Positions 1-11,140 of a DNA stretch of 64,000 nucleotides are shown piece after piece. Every line of letters starts with the position of its first letter. The stretch's first letter is position 1. The notes under the pieces were generated by a model. The model worked only from the letters and a program-made list of their open reading frames with translations. It did no database searches and was not told the origin of the DNA. The position numbers and the translations under genes are program-made. The DNA is from Chrysomallon squamiferum (Eukaryota; Animalia; Mollusca), in NCBI GenBank assembly GCA_012295275.1, contig CM022672.1, positions 15,748,001-15,812,000 of the forward strand. The letters are read 5' to 3'.

Positions 1-460
1 ATATTAAGAAAATAATTTTTGTAATATTTATGTTTTGTATACAAGTGAGAAATCATGGAGATGTGTCGTAAAAGAACAGAAATAAATATATAGCATATTT
101 GCCAAGGAAAAAGTTCTGGAACTAGGAATACTCAGTTGTTTTTCTATGTGTGGTTGCTTCATTGTTTTTAGATTTATGGTGGATTTTGTTTTTAATGAGC
201 TGTAATTAAATTAGCTCATTATAATTGTTTATATTACTTTGTTACACTTATTTATAGTGTTTCTTTTTCACTTATTTATATATTTGTTATTTATGTCATT
301 TTATATTTATTATTTTTCAATTATATACATTTATTGTGTTATTTAATTATTTTTTATGTTTTATTAATTATTTTATTTAATTTTTGTTGTTTATTTTTGT
401 TTATTTTTTTTATGAGGCAAGTTTTTTTATTTTGTTTTAGAAAAAGACAAATTCTGTTAC

Positions 461-580
461 CTCTGCCCATGTTTTGTTACAAAATGATGTCACATTCTTC
501 TGAAAATCTTCAAGACTAAACTGTCTCTTTCCATCAGTGAGGTTGAGAAAGTGTGTCACATAGTAGAATGATGAAAATGC
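461..580 (-). CDS. NTPDase exon 9
   Basis: TTCCAG|[40 protein letters not shown], donor GTAACA; 40 codons; the AFS.FY and FC...W motifs are typical of CD39. Confidence 0.92.
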
Positions 581-3500
581 CTGGAAAATGGAAAATAAAA
601 AATAGACACAAAAATATAGACAGATAGAAGAATAATGAAATCAGTAGGAAAATGGAATAAGTTAACTTTAAAAAAAAAAAAAAAAAAAAAAAAAATTATG
701 AATAAATAAGTAAAGAAAAAAAAAAAAAAAAATAAAATGAAATGAAAATGAATAAAACATAGATCACTAGTAATAGGAATGGATACATGGATAATAAAGA
801 AAATAGAAAAATGAAATGAGAAAACTATGAAAAGAAAAGAAATTATTAACAATAATAAAAATAAAGATTAAAAATAAAACAAAAGAACATCCAAAATAAA
901 TAAATAAATAAAAACCAGTTTCCTTTTGCATTAGACTTTATAGTTCACATACTGAATATTAAAGTATATCTATCTATCATATTATCATTCAAAAATGAAA
1001 ATAATATTAAAACATAAATTAAATATATGAAATGAAACAAATTTAAAAACTAAATTAATACCTTTTTTATTATTAAAATACATGTATCTAGCACATTTAA
1101 AAAAACCTATATATATATATAAAATAATAATAAAATTAAATCATTAATTTTAATTAAATAAGATATAATAAAATGTAGATAAAATGAAGATACAAAAAAG
1201 AAATAAGATAAGTAAATTGGTAACTTTTATTGAATTAAAGCTCAATTATTTAATTTTAATTATTATTATTTTTTTTTTTTTTATTATTTTGCCTATAATT
1301 TTGTTAAAATAAACAAAACAAAAATGCAGGTAACAAAATAGCAAATTAAATGAAAATGGAAGGACATGAAAGAAAACTAATTATAATATTAATAAATAAA
1401 ATTAAATAATATAAATAAAATAATACTGGAGAACCCCCCCCCAAAAAAAAAAAACCATCCACAACAAATTACCAAATTACAATACTGCAGAACATTTATA
1501 AAAAAACCCCACAAAAAAACCCACAAAAAACTTGCAGAATTTTTTCTATTATTTAGGATATATCCTGTGCATTTTTAAAAATAAATATTACAACCTTAAT
1601 TAAGATATTAAAAAGGAACAAAAATGTGGGACTCACATAAAACTGGCCATGCACAGGAGGCTGGTACTGGTTGTTGAACGAACAAGATGAAAACGTACAG
1701 TTGTTGAAATTAAACAGATACTTGGACACAAGAGTTTCACACTTTGCTGAATCACTCTTGCCTTTAAACAGATACGTCATGTTCTGAAAAGTGTAGAAAC
1801 AAAACAAAAAACATTTATTATTTTTAACAAGTGTAGCACTGTGGCAAACATTATGAATTGTTATCTCCCTTGCATAAATTCACATTGGTATTTTATTTTT
1901 ATGTAAACTTAAAAAATTAATTTAAATAAAATAAAAAATAAAAATTAATAATTATTAAAAAATATTTCCAATAAAACATGAATATAAAAAATTTATTATA
2001 CATAAATAATTCTATTTATTGATTTATTTTAATAAGGAAATAAGTAAACAAAAATGAAATAATAAAAAATAAAAAACTATATCACCTGATCAGTCGTTTA
2101 GACTGGGTACAATAGCCGAACCAAATGCTTTTTCACCATGGAATCCAGAAACACAATAAGAATCAAAAATGCTCTTGTATTTAATACTCTTATTAAATCC
2201 ATCTGGTAAACATGGATTTAAAATTACAGAACTGTAGTTTTGTTCCTGAAAAAAAAAAAAAAAAAATCCTAAAACAAATATTTCACAAATTTTTTTTTTT
2301 TTTAAATTGTACAAATCCAATATAATGGAGCAATAAAACAAAATAACAACAATTTTCTTTCATTTAAATAAATAAATAAAAATAAAAAAAAAAAAAAAAA
2401 AAAGAAAGAAAAAGAAAGGAAAGATAGGAATAACTTACATATATTGTATTGTACATAAAAACCAAGTTTAATAATTTTGCATTTCAGTTATTTTTTTTTC
2501 TGTATTTTATGTCTTTACGAACAACTTAGTTATTTACAAAATACAAAATAAACATATAAAATACTGTTAGAAAAACATTCATGATACATGTAAATAAGAT
2601 AACTATCATAAAATAAAATTTGGCAATAAAAAAAAGGACCCAGCTCACTCTGATGAGTTCAGCCTGAAATCGTCTCAACACCTCATTGACTCCATAACAC
2701 AGAAAACTGTGAGTGTAAACTGTGTGCTCATGTTCATACAATTCAACATCAAAACGGTAGTCAGCCGGCATACTTGTGTTCTGTGGTACAAATGTTATCT
2801 GGGCCGAAGCTCCTCCCAAGTCTAAAGCCCCGAAAGTTCCTTGGCTTTGTGTGCTGTGGATAATTTTTGCTGGAGGTGACTGGAAGAACAAATTAAATAA
2901 ACTAAACTGAATATCTTGTACAAAATTCTGAAAGCAGTACATTTTAGTAGTAAATACATATGCATTAATCAATAATAAATAAATGATACACCACATCAAA
3001 GAGATGATTAAAAATGGCTAAATACAAGTAATAAAAACTCACGTATTTAGTATTAAATAAACATGTACTTAAATCAATTGATGATTAATGACGTACCACA
3101 TGGAAGACACCAGAAATGTAGTTGCTGGTTATCCATGAAAATGTTCCTTCTTCAGAACCGCTGATAATTCTGCTATCATTTTTATTAGATTTGAACGGAT
3201 ATTTGGCAACTGTGTCTCGTACGGTGTTAAGAATTAAATCAGTGACAGTGCTGTTAAGTTCACTAAAAACAAACAAAAAATGTTTAATATTTCTTCTTCT
3301 TTCGTGTCAGTTTAATATTGTGAAGAAAATTATATGAACATGATTGAGAATATCTGATAAACATTTCTAAATAACTGTTCATAAAATGTAATGACAGAAG
3401 GAATGAAGAGTGGGGAGGTAACTGAGTGAGTTTATTTGAGTGACCCGTCTGCAGTTGAGAGAGTTAATGAGAAAGTGAGAAAATTGTAGAAAAATCTCAA

Positions 3501-6490
3501 ATATATGATACTAGAAAATAACTCTGAAAGAAACAGAGACTGACAGAATTTGAGAAACAGGTTTAAGAAAAACAGTGAAAAACAAAAGAGATAAATGTTT
3601 AGAAAGATTTTAAAACAAGGAGGAATGATACAATTTAATTGATGATATTAAACTTAGAGAAAAAAAGCAGTGCACAAGGGAGGTTAGGCAGCAGTAAGAT
3701 TATATGTTAATGGTGTTGAACAACCAATGCCATCTTAAATCATGGTCTCTGAAAGGCAGTTGCCCTGGAAAACAACGGGTCTTGGGACCCACGCAGTCCA
3801 TGTATGGTGTGTGGATTGCTGATAATAACTCTGTCGTGGTTTTATTTGTAGAGAGTCCAGTTTGCTGTTCTGACCAGGGACTATAATTCTGTTAAGATGT
3901 AAGCAACATAAAATATTTACTGTAGAAGTCTCATGCCAGCTGTAGCTCCAAGGTAAACCGGAGTTTTCTTGTAATTCTTCAGTGGAATCCTTTGTTTTGC
4001 CTTGTCCAGACACTGAGCAATTACATCATGAACCAAGGAAAGGTTGTTGCTCAGGTCAGCCAGTCCAGGATCTGTTAAAGAGAAATATTTTATAACAAAC
4101 AGTCCTGCAGTGTTAGTTTAAGTAAACATTAATGTGTTTAATAGTATTTGTCTGAAATCACTTTTAGCTTTTGAATTTTACAATTACTCTTAACATGACC
4201 TATTGTAATATATATTGTAAGTGTGTTTTTCCTTTTCTTATACAAGATTCTTAAAAAATTCCAAATCCAAATAAAGAAAATAAAAAATAAAATAAAAGTC
4301 AAATGACAAAGTAAATTAACTTGATATTTATATCATTACTTCATGTATGTATTTGTTTAATTATGTTTATGTGTTTGTGCATACAGATGAATATCTGTGT
4401 AAATAGCTGTGAATCTGAATAGGTATGAACTGCAGCTTAAGTAAACAATTACTATTATGTAGCAATATCAAATTATTTTTGAGTGTGTGTATGTTTTCTA
4501 AATGTATGCAAGAGGCAGAGTAAGAAAAAATCATAAAAATGTTTCTGTGAACTCACATTTTGGTTTGACAACATCAGTAAACTGAGATGCAATGGCTGTA
4601 TTGTTTATTTTACTTCCAGTCCACTTGTAAATATACATAGAAGTATGAGATGAACCAGCATCAAACACAATCCCATACTGAAATGCAACAAAATATTAAA
4701 ATAGAACAAAACAAAATTATGAAAATAAATTCTATTAATAAAACACATTTTAAAAAATAAAATGAAATAGTGTTTGTAATGATGGGCCACAAGTAACTGA
4801 AATGTCATTATAGTGACTGCCTTGGTAGCCATGCTGGGTGCAGTTACTTGCCCCTATCGTTTCTCCTCTGTCAAGTATAAATGCAAAATCTGTCATAAAA
4901 TACATAATGCCAGTTTAGTTACTGATTTAAGTTTATGTTAACCTAAGTTGTATAGATCAACAGAAGTTACTTCAATAATTCCTGGCATTTTTTCAACTAT
5001 AACTCAAGGATTGATTACTGTAATTCAAAGTAGGCATAATGCAAATGATGATCATGTGATTTGAAAAAAAAAAAAAAACAGAACAAAGATAAGCAGTAAG
5101 TGTTTAATCTTGTAGGGTGTAGCCTAACTTCAAGGCCTGAATGAAATAAAATAAAAAATAAAATAAAAAACTCGAAATGAAAATCAAATGAAACAAAAGA
5201 AAACAACACAAAATGAAATTTTTGTTATAAAATAAAATAAACCAAAAAATTAAATCACAGAATTTTTAGCTCAGATAACATAAATAATTCTACTGATCAA
5301 TTATATTTAATTATGTTGTCATTTTTTTTTTTTAAATTATTAATTATAATTCACAATTTACCTATTTAAATTTTATTTATCTATTTATTATCTTCATGTT
5401 TGGAGTATTTCTTCTGAGAATACAAATGGACTGGGTTATCGACAAAACAAACCTGAAATATGTATTGCTGCTGTGATTCAATGACCACAACTGCAGCCAA
5501 CCCACATGCACCAATAAGAAATGAAATGGCCGCCAAAAACCACCACGTACTGAACTTACAACATGATGTCTTCACTGCAACGGCTGAATAATAACAATAA
5601 CAATAATAACACAATAATGATACAATAATAATAATAATCATAATAAAATGTAAACAGTAAAAACCAGTAAATAGTATTACAATAAAGAGAAGAACTACAA
5701 AATATAAATAATGACTAATAATTTAAAAAAAAAATGATACTAACATAATACTAATAATTATATTAATAGAAGTAAAAATACTAATAAAAAGTAATAAATA
5801 TAAATAATTCTAATTAAAAAATAATAATAATAATAATAGCAAAAATAATTTAATAATAACTGGAATAATAATAGAATTAATTAAAATAATAATAAATAAT
5901 AACATAATATTAATAATTATAATAATAGAAATAACAATAATAATAAAAGTAATAAATATAACAATACTAATTAAAAAAAAAATAACAAAAATAAATTTAA
6001 TAACAATAATACATCGTGTGTGTGTGTGTGGTGGATGTGTGTGTGTGTGTGTGTGTGTGTAAGGATATGTGTAATTATGTGTTTGTGTTTTTGAGTATAT
6101 GTATCTACATATAGATATGTATGTTTGTACATATTAGTGAACTTGTAACTGTATGTACATTCATGTGTATATTTGTATATGTATATTTGTCTGTACATGT
6201 ATAAATGTATGTTTGAGTGTGTGCATGTGTTTCTGAGTATCTTTACTTTCTTCCGTCCAGAGCAAAGTGCTTCCACTAATGACATCAGACTGACGAAGGC
6301 TTTTGGCTCTGTCCAGTATCTGTTTGTGTTTGTCTTGCAGTATGTGGTTTGGAGATGGAGGTATTCCTGCCTGGGAACTCAGTCTGTTCAGCAAACTCGC
6401 AACTGTTGAGTCAGCAGGCAGATGAATGTTTAAATACCGATCTGGGATTCGTGACGGCACAGCACATTCCACAGTTATTTCTATCTCCAT
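461..6490 (-). CDS. ENTPD1: Ectonucleoside triphosphate diphosphohydrolase (CD39/GDA1 family, cell-surface ENTPD1/2/3/8 type) with N-terminal ubiquitin-like domain; multi-exon, 3' end (ACR5, second TM) lies outside the window
   Basis: Joined exons 6490-6247, 5583-5453, 4677-4557, 4071-3921, 3262-3097, 2879-2649, 2245-2086 (or 2111), 1783-1637 and 580-461. They give a TM segment followed by ACR1 (FDAGSSHT), ACR2 (GATAGMRLL), ACR3 (ISGSEEG..WITSNY), ACR4 (DLGGASAQ), [11 protein letters not shown] and C....[21 protein letters not shown]. All introns are GT-AG with matching phases except one junction (see findings). The paralog within ENTPD1/2/3/8 cannot be resolved. Confidence 0.93.
1637..1783 (-). 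CDS. NTPDase exon 8
   Basis: TTTCAG|[49 protein letters not shown], donor GTGAGT; 49 codons. Confidence 0.92.
2086..2245 (-). CDS. NTPDase exon 7 (3' boundary uncertain: 2086 with a frameshift, or 2111 with a weak donor)
   Basis: TTTCAG|[49 protein letters not shown]..., containing the conserved NPC..G and downstream Cys of NTPDases. Confidence 0.8.
2649..2879 (-). CDS. NTPDase exon 6 (ACR4)
   Basis: TTCCAG|SPPAK...[17 protein letters not shown]...[24 protein letters not shown], donor GTGAGC; 77 codons. Confidence 0.93.
3097..3262 (-). CDS. NTPDase exon 5 (ACR3)
   Basis: TTTTAG|[55 protein letters not shown], donor GTACGT. Confidence 0.92.
3921..4071 (-). CDS. NTPDase exon 4 (ACR2)
   Basis: TAACAG|..[49 protein letters not shown], donor GTAAAT, phase 1 to 2. 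Confidence 0.93.
4557..4677 (-). CDS. NTPDase exon 3 (ACR1)
   Basis: TTTCAG|[40 protein letters not shown], donor GTGAGT. Not in the ORF track; read by hand. Confidence 0.93.
5453..5583 (-). CDS. NTPDase exon 2: juxtamembrane Cys-Cys and N-terminal transmembrane helix
   Basis: TATTCAG|CC (phase 1) gives [44 protein letters not shown]; donor CAG|GTTTGT, phase 0. A second in-frame acceptor exists at 5574. Confidence 0.85.
6247..6490 (-). CDS. NTPDase coding exon 1: ubiquitin-like (beta-grasp) domain, 81 aa
   Basis: [81 protein letters not shown] aligns by eye to ubiquitin (TV/TI, GIPP, KQ.L, STL). Acceptor CAG at 6507-6505; donor A|GTAAAG at 6247/6246, phase 1. Confidence 0.8.
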
Positions 6491-6745
6491 GTTTTCTTAT
6501 GTCACTGCTTATGAAAAAATAAAATAGGTATATGTGTGTTTTAAAAAAAAAAAATTATCAAAAGAAAAAATAAGGTAATAAAGTGAAAAATAAAAAAATA
6601 AAATTATTCCAGTTATTTCTCTCCATGTTTTCTTATATCACTGCTCAAGAACAAATAAAATAGGTATGTGTGTATTTTAAATAAAGACATTTTTTTAAAG
6701 AAATAAGGTAATAAAGGGAAAAAAAAAAATAAAAAAATAAAAAGG
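6472..6745. repeat. Diverged ~138-bp tandem duplication covering the acceptor and start codon of the Ubl exon
   Basis: cagttatttctatctccatgttttcttatgtcactgct...aaataggta at 6472 recurs as cagttatttctctccatgttttcttatatcactgct...aaataggta at 6610. Confidence 0.85.
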
Positions 6746-9147
6746 AAAAACAAAATATTATACAAACAGAATTAATTAACTGTATGAGTCTACATTTTCT
6801 CATGTCAGTTGTTTAAAAATAATAATAATCAAAAATAAATAAACAAAATTGATAAAAGAAATAAAGGAAAAAATAAATATTTAAACTAAATGAATTAACT
6901 GTATGTATGTCTGTGTTAAATAAATAAATAAATAAACAAAAATAAAAGGAAAAAATAAATAAAATATAAACAGTAAATATGATTCAAATTTTTTCTATTG
7001 GTTTTTGTTTTTAAAAAAAAAATAATACAGAAAAACAAAAATGCAAAAACGTGTTAATATATAAAATGAATGCAAAAAAAAAAAATAATAATAACAAAAA
7101 ATAGATTGAAGAAACTCCAAAGAAATGACAAAATTTGCAGATAAATTATGATGGAAAGATAATGAAAACAATTTTAAAAACAATGATAAAAAGAGATAAA
7201 AAAAAATTTGAAAGACAAAAAACAGAATACAATGCAGTAAGTTAGAAAAAGTTTTTTTTAAGAATAATGAATAGTCTCTGAGAGAGTCATAAAAAGAAAA
7301 TGGTTTCCAAACTGGAGGTAAATGCAATATATTTACAATAATAACAATCCCAAGCAAATAGCTGCCAGATTTAAAAGTAAATATTTAAAATCATTAAAAG
7401 CAGACTATAAACAAATTCACCCAAAACTTTTAAACATCATGATAAATATAAATTATTTAAAAATATAAAACATTCCAAATAACACAAGATGACACAGAAA
7501 TATTAATGAAGGTTAATTCAGATTTGTTATCTAAAGGATCACGGAACATCTGTTACAAGATATAAGTATGATTCCTTTACTAGACAGATAAAAACAGTAC
7601 ACAGTTTTCATGAAAACAGTCAATACTTGATATGGATGTAGTTAGACATATTGGACTTTTTATTCTGCAGACTAGTCTACTTATAAGGATTCCAGAAATC
7701 CAGAGTTACAAGAAAACCGACTTTAGAAGTGTATTAGTTTGTATCTTTAAAATACAGTTTGATTCTTTCATTGTTTATTTTAGTCCTAAGCTTGCTGGAT
7801 AAATGGTATGCTATCTGTATTATTTATAATTTTTAACAATGCATCTGTCTGTCTGTTTATGTATGTGTCTAAACTACTGTAAAAAAATAAAACACTTAAT
7901 AAAAATATAAAACTGTCTGCCAGTTTTGTGTGTTTTAATGTATAAGCTGGAATCAACTAATAAATAGAAAATATTATCTTAACTAGCACTTCTCTGAACT
8001 ATGTCAGTAAAACCCACATTTGTTTTTCATGTCAGTTTAACTTTAACAAACATAACAAACAGTAAAAATTACAACAAGCAGGAAATATTGCCTCAACTAA
8101 CTCCATAACCTAGTAAAAGAGATAAACATGTACTACCTTTACTAGCATTTGTCTACTTCAATAACCAAAACATGTTTGTTAACTTTTATCTTAACTAGTA
8201 CACCAAAAGAAATACTGCCTTTATCAGTGCAGTAAACAGTAAACACTGTGTGAGCCAGCATTTCACTAAATTAGTATAACACACTCACACTCAGGTTGGA
8301 TAAAACATCAAATGAAAAAAAAAGTAAAAAAGGATGAAAAAAAAAAGGAAACAAAATATAGCATTTATAAAATGTTCACGTGTTTTTATTATTATTATTA
8401 TTATTATTTACTTATTTATTTATTTATTTATTTATTTATATATTTATTAACTTATATATTTACTTACATATTTACATATTTATTGATCTTCACAGTTACG
8501 CACACAAATAGAGAGGAGCTCTGGTCCAGAAAATGTAAAAGTCTGGGAAATCGTTAATATAAACATTTACGCTAAAATTTACCAAAACAATAAACTTTAG
8601 CAGCTGCATCAGTTAAATATTACAGTAATACAGTAATGCAGACAGATACAAAAACACTGAAATCAAATGTCATACAGTATATGTAAAGTCAAATGTAAGC
8701 TAAGCTGAGTTGTTTGTTATAATATGGGTGGTTATGGATGCAACTGTACAATTTATTCTTACTCTGATGGAAAATGAGTTAAGACAGGGTAGTGTGATTG
8801 TATAGTGGGACTCAGAATAACTTAATAGTACCTAGAGGTAAGGTTTCAAAAGTGATATTTGTAAATTCTGAAAAATCAGAGTCCATGAAATTAAGGGTCA
8901 GATTTATTTATATTTTAAACAAGTATATACTGCCTTAAATGTATTTGCCTAGACTATTATTTTATTAAACATATGCTTTATCTGTGGTAATAAAAATCAA
9001 TATGTTACTGTAACAAGCATATATCTAAACCAGTGTAAAAAGGTAACATACATAAATGAGTTCAATTTTGATTGCATCATAACATCACTAAATGAGAAGA
9101 CTTGGTCCCATCAGGAATATGTGACAATACAAACATACATACAGACA

Positions 9148-9151
<4 letters not shown>

Positions 9152-9212
<61 letters not shown>
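9152..9212. repeat. (GT)n microsatellite
   Basis: Pure TG run; one of many (e.g. 9710, 15806, 26139, 42384, 52367). Confidence 0.95.
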
Positions 9213-9215
<3 letters not shown>

Positions 9216-9707
9216 TGTGTTTGTCAACACACTACCTTAAAAAGAATTCACCAAAATTAAATTATAATTATTTTTATAGTATTTACAAAAAGAAACCTGA
9301 AAAAATAAGAAGAAAAGCAAGGAAAAACATCACAAAAACCCATCCAAATTCATACAGGGCTAGTTTTATGTGCATCTTTCTACTGTAATTTTTAACTTGT
9401 AATTGCTAAATGAAAACATGAACATACTTTTCCATTAAACTAACATTCCAGCAAAAACATAAAAATATGAAAAGTTAAGTGAAATGTAGGGAATACTAAA
9501 ACTGGTAGATAATAGCTGTGTTTAAATCACTAATACACTTGTTATTACTTAAGAGAGAATAGAATCAGTGAAGCAGCAACATTCTCTGACTGTGTACAAT
9601 GTGTATGGTCCCCTGAATCACATAAAATTCTTTGTTATAAAACCATCAGTTAATGACACATATGAAATATATTTAATATGTGCATTATAAATATGATCTG
9701 CATGTGA

Positions 9708-9758
<51 letters not shown>

Positions 9759-10534
9759 ATATGTGTTAAATGGGATTGTCTGTCTAAATGTATTAATCTG
9801 AATATTGTATATGTGCTTTCATCTTAAAAATTATTCTAGTTATGAGGAAGTATTTCACATTTTTCTAAAGTGTTTTATGATGTCTTAAGAAAACATATTT
9901 ACTGCAAAATGGATTATTTACTTCTTTGTCCATAAATTTGTAGATTTTAATATTGTTTTTGTCTTTATTGTTTTTTTGGCCATGTAACTAGTCATGTACA
10001 CAAGAGTACTGACATAATTCAAACACAACTGTGTCCAAATAGCAGACATTAATAAATAAAAGAAAGAGCTTATGTCTATTGATTTGTGATAGCCTGGGCA
10101 GCTGACAAATGCTGTAAAATCAATTCACTGTATTTGCCTTTCTTGTAAGTCACATAAAATTAATGTCACATTTTATCTCTGCTTCTTAATAATGAATCTA
10201 AACATTATGGAAACTGTCAGGATTTTATTAATTTTATTAATTTCATCTTAATGAATAATAATTATCATTTCAAAATAATAATTATAATTTCAAATAAGAT
10301 TATATTCACACACACACACACATCTATATTATTCCTTGGACAATTTTTAGAAATAATTATTATTTATAAATTACTGTGTTTCCTCAATAAAATAAAATAT
10401 TCTTGGAAATTTTTGAAATTTATTTTTATCAGATAGTATTTTCAACATAAAAAGTATTAATTTTTGTGAGGGGATATTCTGTACACATATTAAAATATGG
10501 GCTGACTGGAGACATTCATGGAGCATGTTTGTTG

Positions 10535-11140
10535 CTAGATGGCAACAACTTTTCCAAAAACTGAAGGGGAGATTTTAACGTTCCAGAATCTCAGAGTCTC
10601 AAGATGATCTAAGCACTGCTTCAGCAAGCACACTGTTACTGGATTTATCAGCTCACACGATTTATCAGGAGATTTGCTGATGATCTTATGCACCTGTTCT
10701 AGTGCTGGAGATGTAAGATCCACTTGGGGATTGGTAACATCTGCACCTCTTTCACAGTCATCCACAGAAAGCCTGGAAATAGACTGCAAACCATTCCGGA
10801 CGGTTTCAATCTTCTGCAAGAAAAAGCCACCAAACTGCTGTGCCGATTCACTAGATGACATTCCACTGGGAAGAGATGGACAGCTGTCATCACCTAACAG
10901 ATGTGTGGTTATCCAATGTATACTTTCGAATCAGGTCAACAGATGTACACTTTGTCCAAACAGTAAGACATCCATGCTTCCTTTAGTAGTCTGTTCATGA
11001 TTACATTCTTGTACATTTGGTGGTGAACAGTCAATCTTAATGTTTGCTGCTTGCATTAGAGCTTCTGTCTAACATCATCTGAGTACCATGGACAATTGGG
11101 CCTCTGTAAGATGATTTGGGTACAAAGTGGAAAAAGGGAG
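10535..11140 (-). mobile_element. Decayed non-LTR retrotransposon (L2/CR1-group LINE) ORF2 fragment upstream of the RT core
   Basis: ORF 10535-10861 AQQFGGFFLQKIETVR...EQVHKIISKSPDKSCELINPVTVCLLKQC resembles the F..FF..KI..IR / K.I...P.KSC.LDP.PT.LLKQC segment of L2/CR1-group ORF2. An upstream RPNCPWYS piece near 11100 fits the PW motif. The frames are broken. Confidence 0.75.

Noticed and set aside
1-200. Possible next NTPDase exon (expected YCF...Y..LL segment)
   Set aside because: Reading the minus strand by eye shows no such motif; treated as intron, with the gene continuing outside the window.
334-852. Hydrophobic Phe/Ile/Leu-rich ORFs that look like membrane proteins (also 6995-7357, 27308-27544, 48144-48452)
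   Set aside because: Translation artefacts of T-rich intronic DNA, many with non-ATG starts.
3735-4013. 92-aa minus-strand ORF
   Set aside because: Wrong frame over the true ACR2 exon (4071-3921).
9155-9388. CVCVCV and HTHTHT ORFs (also 22999, 24659, 26917, 28768, 45602)
   Set aside because: Translations of (GT/CA)n microsatellites.
10674-11000. 108-aa plus-strand ORF
   Set aside because: Antisense shadow of the LINE fragment.
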